The position numbers and the translations under genes were made by a program. A DNA stretch of 64,000 bases from Opitutales bacterium (GTDB lineage: Bacteria; Verrucomicrobiota; Verrucomicrobiia; Opitutales; PNEW01), in NCBI GenBank assembly GCA_965197745.1, contig CBDANS010000007.1, forward strand, positions 160,001-224,000, given 5' to 3'. This document shows positions 18,610-28,815 of the stretch, piece after piece (positions within the stretch are counted from its first letter, which is position 1; every line of letters starts with the position of its first letter). The notes beneath the pieces are model-generated. The model was not told the DNA's origin, searched no databases, and saw nothing but the letters and a program-made list of their open reading frames with translations.

Positions 18610-19842
18610 ATGGAGAAGACGCACTGCCGATTCGACGACCTCTTACTGTCAAACGATTATTCAGAACGGTTATACGAGAATTACGATATACTGCGGTCGG
18701 AAGAACCGATCTACTGGAGTGACGCCTGGACCTCCTGGGTCTTGACCCGTTACGATGATGGGGTTGATTGTCTCAAAAATATCAAAGATTTTTCCTCGGT
18801 TGGACGGACCCTTCGGTTTATGGACCAGATCCCCGAGGAAGAGCGCCATCGCTTCAAAGCACTCAGAGAGCATTACGAGGATGGGGGACTGATAAATAAA
18901 GATCCCCCAGACCATACCCGCCTGAGAAAACTGGTGCTGAAAGCATTTTCCCCTCGGCTCGTTGAACAAATGCGCGGCATGGTAATTGATCTGGTGAATG
19001 ATTTGATTGATAACATTCAGGGCAAAAAGCAGATGGAGATGTTTCGCGATTTTGCTTTTCCTTTACCCGCGATATTAATCGCCGGCATATTGGGTGTGCC
19101 CCCGGAAGACCGTGAGTTGTTCAAGGACTGGTCGAGAAAGATATTGCTTTTTACAGGATCGGGTCGAATCAATCTTGATTTCGCGGAAAAGGCACAGGAG
19201 AGCCGGGTAGCCATGAGTAATTACTTCAGGCAACTCATGGGGGAGCGCCTAAAGGAACCGCAGGATGATCTCATCAGCGCCCTGGCTTCAGCGAGAGAAG
19301 ATAATGATCTGCTTACGGAAACTGAATTGGTCACGACCTGTGGGGTTCTGCTGGTTGCCGGTCACGAGACTACAGCCAACCTTATAACCAATGGCTTTTT
19401 CGCTTTATTTCAAAACCCTGATCAATTAGGGGAACTGAAGGACAATGCTTCACTCATTCCCAATGCGCTCGAAGAATTTCTGCGCTATGACAGTCCATTA
19501 CAGAGTATTCCCAGGTTAGTTACAAGGGACATCACGTTTCGTGGAAAGGAATTTAAAAAGGGTGATCTTGTGACTGTAATAATTGGCGCGGCGAACAGGG
19601 ACCCCGCTCATTTTTCAGATCCCCACCGATTGGACATTCATCGCAAAGACAACGATCATATCGCTTTCGGGCATAGCGTTCATTTTTGCCTTGGTGCGGC
19701 TCTTGCCCGAATGGAAGTTCCCATAGCTTATGAGACCCTGTTTCGCAGACTGCTCAATCTGCGGTTGAAAGGGGATTCGCCCAAGTGGAAACTCAGTATG
19801 TCTCTTCGTAGCCTGGAATCGTTAGATGTTGCTTTTGACTGA
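18610..19842 (+). CDS. Cytochrome P450
   Basis: DPPDHTRLR, AGHETT, EEFLR (ExxR), FGHSVHFCLG. Confidence 0.97.
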   Translation: MEKTHCRFDDLLLSNDYSERLYENYDILRSEEPIYWSDAWTSWVLTRYDDGVDCLKNIKDFSSVGRTLRFMDQIPEEERHRFKALREHYEDGGLINKDPPDHTRLRKLVLKAFSPRLVEQMRGMVIDLVNDLIDNIQGKKQMEMFRDFAFPLPAILIAGILGVPPEDRELFKDWSRKILLFTGSGRINLDFAEKAQESRVAMSNYFRQLMGERLKEPQDDLISALASAREDNDLLTETELVTTCGVLLVAGHETTANLITNGFFALFQNPDQLGELKDNASLIPNALEEFLRYDSPLQSIPRLVTRDITFRGKEFKKGDLVTVIIGAANRDPAHFSDPHRLDIHRKDNDHIAFGHSVHFCLGAALARMEVPIAYETLFRRLLNLRLKGDSPKWKLSMSLRSLESLDVAFD

Positions 19843-19910
19843 TCGATAGGCAAAAGATTAAAAAATATCACTTTAGGATTCGGAATAATAAAATTCAGAG
19901 CGACAAAACA

Positions 19911-20672
19911 ATGAAAAACAGGTTCAGCGTAAAAGGTAAGGTGGTATTGGTAACAGGGGCTGCGCGGGGTAATGGAAAAGCCATCGCAGAAGGATTTATC
20001 GATGGTCAAGCGATAGTATATTTTTTGGATATCCTCAACGAAGTAGAACAAACGGTTGACGCTCTGAATAATAAAAATGCCCATGCCGTAGTCTGCGATT
20101 TAGGAAACGCTTCGGAGGTGGAAAGTCATGTCGCGGAAATTATTAATAAACATCAAAGAATAGATATTCTGGTCAATAATGCCGCGATTGTCCAATATTG
20201 GGATGAAGCAGGACCCTATGCAAAAGACAGTTGGGATAAAAACCTGAGGGTTAATTTATATGGGACACTGGATTTAACACGAATGGTTTTAGGATTTATG
20301 GAAAAGACCAACGCGGGCGTAATCATAAATATAACCAGCCCAACCGCAGAGCGCGCTTTCTCAAAATGTCCGGCTTATTCGGTATCCAAAGCCAGTGTGC
20401 GTCAGCTGACAAAAGTGATAGCCAGGGATTACGCTCATTGTAATATCCGTGCGAATAATATCTGTCCCGGTTACATGAAGACAGCAGCGACGAAAAAAAG
20501 TTACGGCGATCCGAAGCTGAGGAAGGAACGATCAGACCGAATCATGATGGATCGCTGGGGAGAGCCAGAAGACCTTGCGGGGCCCTGCATTTTTTTAGCC
20601 TCTCCTGCAGCCGCTTATATTACCGGGTGCGATTTATATGTTGATGGTGGTTTTATTGCCAATGGGGTCTAA
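19911..20672 (+). CDS. Short-chain dehydrogenase/reductase
   Basis: TGAARGNG, LVNNA, YSVSK, NNICPG. Confidence 0.93.
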   Translation: MKNRFSVKGKVVLVTGAARGNGKAIAEGFIDGQAIVYFLDILNEVEQTVDALNNKNAHAVVCDLGNASEVESHVAEIINKHQRIDILVNNAAIVQYWDEAGPYAKDSWDKNLRVNLYGTLDLTRMVLGFMEKTNAGVIINITSPTAERAFSKCPAYSVSKASVRQLTKVIARDYAHCNIRANNICPGYMKTAATKKSYGDPKLRKERSDRIMMDRWGEPEDLAGPCIFLASPAAAYITGCDLYVDGGFIANGV

Positions 20673-20849
20673 ATAATAGAGCTATGACCATTAATGCCTG
20701 TTATCGATTCTTGACCGTTGATAAATAAGTAACACCATGAAATTAATGATCTCAGGGACACTCCAAATATTAAGGGCAAGAGAATGGGTTCTGGATTTTT
20801 ATAGAACAGTTAAAGCGATGTCATTTTCGACACGTAATAAGTAATTACA

Positions 20850-22076
20850 ATGTCTCAGGATACGATTGATACTTTCGACTCGCTCTTACTGACGCCTCAA
20901 TATTTAGCCGATCCATACACTGTTTTCCGTGATCTGCGCGCCAATGATCCGGTACACTGGAGCGAAAAGATGAACGGTTGGGTGGTAACGCGCTATGAAG
21001 ATGTAAAGAATGCCTTACAGGACACCCGGTTAATTTCCGGACAAAGACTGCTTTCTTATATGGGGCAGTTTCCGGAGGAGGTACAAAAGAGAATGGAACC
21101 GCTTTATAATAATTATACTAAGTGGTTGGTGATGATGGATCCGCCAAATCATACACGACTTCGCGCACTTGTGAACAAGGCCTTTACTCCACGCATGGTT
21201 GATGGACTGCGTCCCCTGATACAAAAAATAAACGATGAGCTGCTCGATGCTTTTGAAACCGCGGGGCGAATGGATGCCATCAAGGGCCTCGCCTATCCCA
21301 TGCCCGCGTCTGTAATTTCGGAAATGTTGGGTATTCCGCCAAAGGACCGCCAGCAATTTAATCGTTGGGCTGACGAAATGACCGCGTTTCTTGGAAGTGG
21401 CCGACCGAAAGTGGATTTAGCAGAAGAAGCGCTGAAAAGTGTGGGTGAACTAACGCGGTATTTTTTACCTATTGTGGTCGAGCGTCGGGAAAATCCCAAA
21501 GAGGACCTGATTAGCATCCTCGTTGCCGTAGAAGAAGAGGGACAAAAAATTACGGAAGAAGAAATACTGGCGATGTGCATTTTTCTACTGGTGGCAGGTC
21601 ATGAAACAACGATGGCCTTGATCTCGAACGGGCTCATGGCTCTTTTTCGTTTTCCTGACCAGCATGAAAAATTTAAAAAGGATCCCTCATTGATTAATTC
21701 CGCGGTGGAAGAATTTTTGCGTTATGACAGTCCCTTACAGCATCAAATCAGGATAGCCGATGAAGACTTGGAATTATGTGGCAAAAAAATTAAACAAGGA
21801 CAACGGGTTGTCCTGATGCTGGGCGCGGCAAATCATGATCCGGAGGTGTTCTCAAATCCGGACGAACTGGATATCTGTCGAAACCCAAACAAACACCTGG
21901 CTTTTGGTCTGGGTAAACACTTTTGTATCGGTGCGCCTTTAGCGAGGTTAGAGGGGCAAATGGTCTTTAGCGATATGCTTCGTCGTTTTCCAAATTTGAA
22001 ACTTGAAAGTGATGAAATTTCGTGGCGCGTGGATACATCGATGCGTAATCCCAAGGAAATGTGGATTACTTTTTAG
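20850..22076 (+). CDS. Cytochrome P450
   Basis: DPPNHTRLR, AGHETT, EEFLR, FGLGKHFCIG. Confidence 0.97.
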   Translation: MSQDTIDTFDSLLLTPQYLADPYTVFRDLRANDPVHWSEKMNGWVVTRYEDVKNALQDTRLISGQRLLSYMGQFPEEVQKRMEPLYNNYTKWLVMMDPPNHTRLRALVNKAFTPRMVDGLRPLIQKINDELLDAFETAGRMDAIKGLAYPMPASVISEMLGIPPKDRQQFNRWADEMTAFLGSGRPKVDLAEEALKSVGELTRYFLPIVVERRENPKEDLISILVAVEEEGQKITEEEILAMCIFLLVAGHETTMALISNGLMALFRFPDQHEKFKKDPSLINSAVEEFLRYDSPLQHQIRIADEDLELCGKKIKQGQRVVLMLGAANHDPEVFSNPDELDICRNPNKHLAFGLGKHFCIGAPLARLEGQMVFSDMLRRFPNLKLESDEISWRVDTSMRNPKEMWITF

Positions 22077-22120
22077 ACTAATCATTAATAATAGAAAGCA
22101 GGAAAAAGAGGAGATAAACA

Positions 22121-22429
22121 ATGGGGAAACTGATAACGCTGGCTAAAGCTGAAGATCTGTCACCCGGTCAGGCACGGGCCTTCGAGGTAGAAGGAGAAAG
22201 AATTGCGATCTTTAATATTGATGGCACTTTTTATGCGATCGAAGATACCTGCACGCATGATAACGGGCCCCTTTCGGAAGGAGAGATTGATGGGACATCC
22301 GTCTTATGCCCCTGGCATATGGCGGAATTCGATCTGAAAACCGGGGAAGCTTTAACCGCGCCGGCAACCCAAGATGTGAAAAGCTTTAAAGTTTCCATCA
22401 ACGATGGAGACATTCAAATTGAGGTATGA
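22121..22429 (+). CDS. Rieske-type ferredoxin
   Basis: CTH...CPWH, 102 aa; RBS GAGGAG. Confidence 0.93.
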   Translation: MGKLITLAKAEDLSPGQARAFEVEGERIAIFNIDGTFYAIEDTCTHDNGPLSEGEIDGTSVLCPWHMAEFDLKTGEALTAPATQDVKSFKVSINDGDIQIEV

Positions 22430-22483
22430 TAGTCAGGAGATTGATGAAATTTATAAGAAACAGTAATTTTAAAAGGATATAAT

Positions 22484-22921
22484 ATGACAGTAAAAGCAAT
22501 TAGACATACCGGTATCGTGGTCAGTGATATGGAAAAAGCTTTACCTTTTTATCGGGATCTTCTCGATCTGGAAATCTGGTGGGACGAAATTGAAGAGGGT
22601 CCATTATGTGAAACGGTAGTTGGGGTAAAGGGAGCAAAGATGCATACCGTAAAATTGAAAGCACCCGACGGGGTATCAATTGAACTGCTTCAATATTTAA
22701 ATACTCCCAGTCCAGTACCTCCCCTGTCCAATGCAAATGATGTGGGCTGCAACCATGTAGCCATTCAAGTTGAAGACCTTGATGGCCTATATGAACGCGC
22801 CCAAGCACAAGGCATTCGATTCAACACCAAGCCGATTGTCGCTTCTGGGGGTAAGGTCAAGGTGACCTACTGCCGAGACTTTGAAGGGGTATACCTGGAA
22901 CTGGTCGAAGTGCTATCCTGA
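22484..22921 (+). CDS. VOC (glyoxalase/epimerase) family protein
   Basis: HTGIVVSD...FYRDLL, IELLQY, HVAIQVEDL, LELVE. Confidence 0.9.
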   Translation: MTVKAIRHTGIVVSDMEKALPFYRDLLDLEIWWDEIEEGPLCETVVGVKGAKMHTVKLKAPDGVSIELLQYLNTPSPVPPLSNANDVGCNHVAIQVEDLDGLYERAQAQGIRFNTKPIVASGGKVKVTYCRDFEGVYLELVEVLS

Positions 22922-22967
22922 AATATTTTATATTACCATTACTGAAAATTAATCCTGTTATTTAATT

Positions 22968-24305
22968 ATGGCATATGATACCAGCGCCTTGAACCCGGTT
23001 GATACGAAAAAGGTAGAAACCCGCTACCGGCGTATCGTTACCCCTATTCCGGTCCCGGAATCAATCGACCTCATTCAAAGATTAAGGGCGGTGGAACCGA
23101 AGGGTGCACTAGGCATGCCCCCCATTCTCTGGCATCAAGCTGTGGGTTTTCTTGTTCGCGATCCCTATGGAAATCAATGGATAGATATGAGCAGCGGTAT
23201 TGTCGTAGCCAATGTGGGTCATGCCCATCCCAAAATAATCGAAGCGATAAAGCAGCAAATTGATAACCAGCTCATTTTCACCTACACCTTCTCTTCTGAT
23301 GTGAGAACACGTCTGCTTGAACGATTGGCAAAGCTGGCCCCCGAAGAACTCGATAAAGCTGCTGTCTTCTGTTCAGGCAGCGAAGCTAATGAATGTGCGA
23401 TCAGTCTGATGCGACATCATGGGCTCGCGATATCGCCAGAGAAGATTGGTATCCTCTCGATGGAGGAGTCATTTCATGGACGCACGCTAGCCGCAGCGTT
23501 TACCGCCGGTGGACCCGGATTGGTGGATGGTCTAAACCGTAAAATTGCTGGTCATACCCAATTGCCGAGGCCCGACTCTGATCGATCAAAGGGATTTTTA
23601 GAAGACCTCGAATCACTTAAGATCAATCCCGATAAGATTGCCGGAATAATATTGGAATCGATTACCGGCTGGGCGACTAAACCTTATCCCCAGGATTACA
23701 TCGAGTCATTAATGGCCTGGGCGAAAGAGCATCAGATCCTCGTAACTATGGATGAAGTACAGGCGGGTATGGGAAGGTCGGGGCGTTTGTTCGCCTTCGA
23801 GCACTACGGAATAGTACCCGATCTCATCACTTGTGGAAAGGGCCTTAGCTCAAGTCTGCCGGTATCTGCAGTAAAAGGGAGAAAAGAAATAATGGATCTC
23901 CCGGGAGCGCATATGTCCAGCACCTTTGGGGGCAATCCCGTCTGTGCGGCAGCGGCATTGGCATGCATTAATGTCCTTGAAGACGAGAAATTGGTCGAAA
24001 GATCCGCGACCCTGGGTGAAAAACTTGGCAAGGAACTCGAAGCCATCGCCGACAGGCATCGACCTTATATCAACTGGGTTGATGGCCGTGGGTTCTTCAG
24101 ATCCATACACCTCAAAGACCCGGTAACGGGTGAACAAGTACCCGATTTGGTAAATGAAATGACCATGGAGTGTATCCGGCGTGGGGTGATGTTATTTCAT
24201 ACCGGGCGTTTTTTTAAAATTGTTCCCCCATTTATTATCGAAGAGGATGCACTTTTTGAAGCGATTGGGGTAATTAGCGATGTATTCGATGATTATCTAA
24301 AATAA
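22968..24305 (+). CDS. Class III PLP aminotransferase
   Basis: SGSEANE, FHGRT, DEVQAGMGRSG, PDLITCGKGL, STFGGNP. Confidence 0.95.
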   Translation: MAYDTSALNPVDTKKVETRYRRIVTPIPVPESIDLIQRLRAVEPKGALGMPPILWHQAVGFLVRDPYGNQWIDMSSGIVVANVGHAHPKIIEAIKQQIDNQLIFTYTFSSDVRTRLLERLAKLAPEELDKAAVFCSGSEANECAISLMRHHGLAISPEKIGILSMEESFHGRTLAAAFTAGGPGLVDGLNRKIAGHTQLPRPDSDRSKGFLEDLESLKINPDKIAGIILESITGWATKPYPQDYIESLMAWAKEHQILVTMDEVQAGMGRSGRLFAFEHYGIVPDLITCGKGLSSSLPVSAVKGRKEIMDLPGAHMSSTFGGNPVCAAAALACINVLEDEKLVERSATLGEKLGKELEAIADRHRPYINWVDGRGFFRSIHLKDPVTGEQVPDLVNEMTMECIRRGVMLFHTGRFFKIVPPFIIEEDALFEAIGVISDVFDDYLK

Positions 24306-24360
24306 TTTTTCTTACGATCTTACGATTATATTAATGACGTGCTAAATAAGGATAAGATAA

Positions 24361-25134
24361 ATGTCAGAACCGATGTTAGTGGATTTGAATGGCAGGCATG
24401 CCCTCGTAACCGGAGGGGGGACAGGTATCGGCAACGCTATATCGATTGGTCTGGCACGCTGCGGTGCGACGGTTGTCGTCAATTATTCACGCAGTGAACA
24501 AGAAGCGAATGAAACAGTTGCCGCAATTAAAGATCTGGGAGGACAGGCGCTAGCCGTAAAAGCGGATGTGACGGAAGAAAGTCAGGTTGGGCAGTTAGTC
24601 GATACATCAGTGAAAGAGTTTGGCGGATTGGATATCCTCGCGGCCAATGCGGGAGGACCGACGGAAGTTATCCCCACCGCAGAATTATCCGGTGAAGATT
24701 GGGATCGGGGGCTGGGATTGAATTGCAAGGCAGTATTTTATTGCGTTAAACATGCTATCCCTCATTTACCCGATAAGAGGGGAAGAATCATCATTACTTC
24801 TTCGATCAGCGCGCGTAGCGGAGGTGGTCCGGGAATGGTAACTTATGCCGCGGCGAAGGGAGCGATCAACAATGTGGTAAGAGGTTGGGCTAAAGAATAT
24901 GGGCCGCGTGAAATTACGGTGAATGCCATTGCGCCAGGTATTATCTGGACACGTATTCATCGCGATGGCACCGATCCTGATGATTATAAAAATTTACTCA
25001 CGCGCATCCCAGTAGGACGCGATGGTAAACCGGAAGATTGTGTCGGAACAGTGCTTTTGTTAGCCAGTGATGATGGCGGCTATATCACGGGACAGATCAT
25101 CGAGATCAATGGCGGTATGCAGATGCCGTCTTAA
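24361..25134 (+). CDS. Short-chain dehydrogenase/reductase
   Basis: TGGGTGIG, ANAG, YAAAK, VNAIAPG. Confidence 0.94.
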   Translation: MSEPMLVDLNGRHALVTGGGTGIGNAISIGLARCGATVVVNYSRSEQEANETVAAIKDLGGQALAVKADVTEESQVGQLVDTSVKEFGGLDILAANAGGPTEVIPTAELSGEDWDRGLGLNCKAVFYCVKHAIPHLPDKRGRIIITSSISARSGGGPGMVTYAAAKGAINNVVRGWAKEYGPREITVNAIAPGIIWTRIHRDGTDPDDYKNLLTRIPVGRDGKPEDCVGTVLLLASDDGGYITGQIIEINGGMQMPS

Positions 25135-25138
25135 GCTA

Positions 25139-25173
25139 TATGCAAGATACAGGATGCAGGGTGCATGATGCAA
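25139..25173 (+). repeat. Heptamer tandem repeat, 5 units
   Basis: TATGCAA GATACAG GATGCAG GGTGCAT GATGCAA. Confidence 0.75.
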
Positions 25174-25355
25174 GACTCCCTCGGTAAGATTGCGGATTGT
25201 TTCTAACGGCTATCGCATACTTTAATTTATTATGCATTCTGCAACCTAAGGTGGAGCGGGCTGCCTGACGGCCATAGTCTCGCCACTGTGGGACGACGGC
25301 TGTTCCCAGCACGCTTCTTTTTTCTATTTATTTAATCGCGATGGCAGAGCTTCGA

Positions 25356-26684
25356 TCAATCAATCGAGGGCCAGGGGTGGTTTGTGGGATCGAGAATACG
25401 TGTGGGAGCAAAGTATGCTCGGGGGTAATCGTCCGGACCATCAAGTTTAAGTATCTGTTGCACGACATGGCGCGCTCCATTAAATGAAACTGCAGTTCCA
25501 GATCCACACATGCCGCCGACAATATACTGGCGTTTTCCATCGAGTAATCCGATGACAGGATATTCATCGTCGGTGAATCCGGCGGTGCCGCTCCATTCAT
25601 GGGTCATGTGAATTCTGCTTTGTCCAAATAAACGGTGTATCTCGCTGATAACATATTTAGTAATAAATCGTGAAGGGTTGTTGCAACCAGCATTGCGATA
25701 GGTGATATGTGTCTCATCTGAACCAAGCGTAATTCCTTCACCCACACGCGCGAAAAACCCGCGATTATTGCTGAGGCCGACATGAGGTTGCATTCCATGT
25801 GGGCCGCCTTCCCCGTATGCGTTTTGCGTCTGTACGGCATGAACCAAATTGCAATACTGTCGATGAAGAATTGCGGTGTAAGATTCAGTAGCGTTGATCA
25901 CGTACTTCGCTTTTATTCTTCCACGGTTGGTACTAACGAAATAAAAGTCGCCGGCATCTTCAACTCGTGTCACTCGTGTTCGTGTGTAAAGGTTCACATG
26001 GGAACTGCGCAGCGCAATCTCAAGAAGAGACCAAACCCATTTTGCCGGATGAAAGGTTGCGGTACCTCGTGAAAATCCGGCTGGGCATTCAACAATCATT
26101 CCTCCACGGCGTAGGGCCTCTTCGGGAGAAATAGTAGTCCAGTCGTCAAACCCTGCATCCTGGCCCAGGCGCACCGATTCCATCAGGGCCGATTGATCCT
26201 CGAATTCGCAAGCTTGGACCCACCCATTTCTCTCGTAATCACATTCTATTCCCTCATCCTTGATCGTTTTTTCAATCAATTCTGCATTTTTGTAAGCACT
26301 TTTAGTGTATGCAGATGCAAATTTTGAACCGAGTTGGTCCCGCTCTTTATGGCTTAAATCAGGACGGAACTTTTCGAGATAGGGGCTCACCGTTTTTTTT
26401 ACCATCGCAAAATAGCGTCCCATGACAATTTCACCGCCATTACGCCCGCTCGCTCCGGACGCCGGGTCGTCCATTTCCAGGACGGCCATCGACTTCGCCT
26501 TGTGTTTCGACCAGAAATAAGCACAGCCGGCCCCTGTAAATCCGGCCCCTATAACTATCACTTCACACTCATTGGGGAGACTTGCTTCTGTTTGCGATGA
26601 CCAGGGATAATTTGCCAGTGGGTTCTCAGTGATGAGCCAGAACGGGGTGCGTGATATTTTATGTTCAAAATTCACGGTGGTCAT
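25356..26684 (-). CDS. FAD-dependent oxidoreductase (DAO/PuuB-like)
   Basis: VIVIGAGFTG, GASGRNGG, WSGTAGFTDD..P, GMCGSG; start set to MTTVNF since the upstream extension is not protein-like. Confidence 0.88.
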   Translation of the reverse strand: MTTVNFEHKISRTPFWLITENPLANYPWSSQTEASLPNECEVIVIGAGFTGAGCAYFWSKHKAKSMAVLEMDDPASGASGRNGGEIVMGRYFAMVKKTVSPYLEKFRPDLSHKERDQLGSKFASAYTKSAYKNAELIEKTIKDEGIECDYERNGWVQACEFEDQSALMESVRLGQDAGFDDWTTISPEEALRRGGMIVECPAGFSRGTATFHPAKWVWSLLEIALRSSHVNLYTRTRVTRVEDAGDFYFVSTNRGRIKAKYVINATESYTAILHRQYCNLVHAVQTQNAYGEGGPHGMQPHVGLSNNRGFFARVGEGITLGSDETHITYRNAGCNNPSRFITKYVISEIHRLFGQSRIHMTHEWSGTAGFTDDEYPVIGLLDGKRQYIVGGMCGSGTAVSFNGARHVVQQILKLDGPDDYPRAYFAPTRILDPTNHPWPSID

Positions 26685-27004
26685 CGCTTCGGGAATAACA
26701 ATAAAGACCTGTCGCAACGACCAGAGAAAAAATCGGAAAAACCTGACAGGGAAAATGTCATTGGAAAACGTTTTACGCATAAAGGTAGCGGCGGCGTGAA
26801 AATCGTGAAGACGCAGACCAAAAATTAAACCCGAAGCAATACGCAGACGAAAAAAGAAGCTGCACGATTTACTGATGGGATGACTGCTATTCATCATTCT
26901 ATCAATGATAAATAATGCCAATAGATTGGCGATGAAAGGTGTAAGTTTGAATGATATTGCTATTCCGTTTTCTCGACGTACCGCGGTCAATTAAAGCTGA
27001 TCAC

Positions 27005-28036
27005 CTAAAATTTATAACCCATACCCATAATGATTCGGGTTTGCGTTTTGTCTACACCGACAGCCAAATTTTCATCAAAGTCTATTTCATATCGTAAATT
27101 AGCAGCCATGCGATTGGAAATCAGCGCTTTCAATCTTGCCAGAAACTGTAAAGCAATAGAGTCAGCGGCATCGGGATTAATGGAAATATCTGATTCCTGG
27201 TAAAACGTTATGTGGTCGGTAATCTGGTATCGAATATCCTGAAATAAAGAACCTAACGTTTGCCATTCTCTGGTAACGGTTGGAATATCCTGGTATCGAG
27301 CGCTAAACGCCGGGGTAACCGATAACTCAAAAGCATTCTTGTCAATAATTCGCCATCTTACTCCGAGACTTTGCTTGAAGTCGTCGTCGATTTCTTTGAC
27401 CTTATCTTTTACATAAGCACTATCAAGCTGTGTAAATATACGAGAGGACAAATCACGTCGCATACGAAAGCTGGTATTGTATCGCTCACGATTAACATCC
27501 TTTTCACCATTGATCTTTTGAAAACTGTAATCATAACTTCCATCAAAAAAATATTGGTTTTTTTCCGTATCATGACGTATGTGAAAAGCGAGATTAAGGT
27601 CCTGTTGATTGCGTTCTCCATTCCCTAAGCGATAACCCGCGGTGAAACTTGAGTCCAATTTTTTTTCCGGAGGCGCGTCAGAGAGCATGGTATTTAATTT
27701 TGGCAATTTTAAAATTTTTGTAGATTGGGAACCCATTTCAGCTTCAGTTTTCTCGGTTTCAGTTACTGATTCAAGGATTGGAGCAGCGTCGGTTGTTTTT
27801 TCCTCTTCGCTGCCTTTTATTGAAGGAATAATTTTTCCTTGAGAGGTGTTAACCCTTATTGGTCCCAGTATATCACTGACGAAAAAAATGGTGTCATTTT
27901 CTTCTTTGATAAACTTACCGGTGAGCCGATCGCCATTGGTGAGTTCAAGAGTCCCGGCCAAGAGACAGGTTCCCTTGATTATGACGAGGGACAATATCCA
28001 TTTAGCTTTATGATTTATAATTCTCATGGCAGTCAT
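27005..28036 (-). CDS. DUF481 (YdiY-like) outer-membrane beta-barrel
   Basis: LTNGDRLTG N-terminal motif, amphipathic strands, terminal GYKF. Confidence 0.75.
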   Translation of the reverse strand: MTAMRIINHKAKWILSLVIIKGTCLLAGTLELTNGDRLTGKFIKEENDTIFFVSDILGPIRVNTSQGKIIPSIKGSEEEKTTDAAPILESVTETEKTEAEMGSQSTKILKLPKLNTMLSDAPPEKKLDSSFTAGYRLGNGERNQQDLNLAFHIRHDTEKNQYFFDGSYDYSFQKINGEKDVNRERYNTSFRMRRDLSSRIFTQLDSAYVKDKVKEIDDDFKQSLGVRWRIIDKNAFELSVTPAFSARYQDIPTVTREWQTLGSLFQDIRYQITDHITFYQESDISINPDAADSIALQFLARLKALISNRMAANLRYEIDFDENLAVGVDKTQTRIIMGMGYKF

Positions 28037-28148
28037 AATTAAGTTTAAGATAAATATACATACGAGGGCGCTTAGAAAACTTTGATTTTATAGAGGGCTA
28101 TAGTATACCCGATTCCAAGAAAATTCATGCGATCAGGATGCATTATTT

Positions 28149-28787
28149 TCATTTATTAAGTAAATAATTAAGGGTTATTAGGAGATCACTAAAGGTTCGA
28201 CGGATGGGGTTTCGCCCAAACCTGCGGCCCGATGATAATAATGGAAGTTTCAAAGTGACGACTTTGCCGTGGCGTTTCAGGCGTCGGGAAAACTCCAAAT
28301 CTTCCATATTACTGCGCTCGTGAAATCCCCCCGATTTATCAAAAACACTCTTTTTCACAAAGATACCCTGATCCCCGAAATGCCATCCCAACAGGGTGCT
28401 GCGAATATCGGACATTCGGCAGGTAGCTTTAAGAAACACTGAGGGGTGATCGAACCTTCGGGTAAAAGCTCCTCCCGCTATATTTGGCCGCATCAGGGCT
28501 TTTTCAACGCACTCCAGCGCGGTCACGGGAATGTGTGTATCTGCGTGTAGAAAAAGAAGGAAGTCGCAACTCGCTTCATGGGCGCCGCAATTCATTTGGG
28601 CAGCGCGTTGACTCAATGACGAATGGATTACACGCGCGCCTGTGTTTTCAGCGAGGATAGTGGTCCTATCATCGCTCCCCCCATCGACAATGATGATCTC
28701 GCTGGATCTATTATTGGCAGCAATACATTTCAGGGTGCCGGTAAGCATTTCCTCTTCATTCAATGTGGGAATGATTATCGATATCAT
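28149..28787 (-). CDS. GT2 glycosyltransferase, TIGR04283-like
   Basis: ISIIIPTLNEE, VDGGSDD, RAAQMN.GA, LFLHADT, GDQGIF, MEDL, SGRR. Confidence 0.85.
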   Translation of the reverse strand: MISIIIPTLNEEEMLTGTLKCIAANNRSSEIIIVDGGSDDRTTILAENTGARVIHSSLSQRAAQMNCGAHEASCDFLLFLHADTHIPVTALECVEKALMRPNIAGGAFTRRFDHPSVFLKATCRMSDIRSTLLGWHFGDQGIFVKKSVFDKSGGFHERSNMEDLEFSRRLKRHGKVVTLKLPLLSSGRRFGRNPIRRTFSDLLITLNYLLNK

Positions 28788-28815
28788 AACGCTGGTATTT
28801 ATAATGGAACATTGT

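Noticed and set aside
26661..26990. N-terminal extension of ORF 25356..26990, and a short Lys/Arg-rich + strand ORF from 26661
   Set aside because: Extension is not protein-like; the + strand ORF stops after ~55 codons with no recognisable family.
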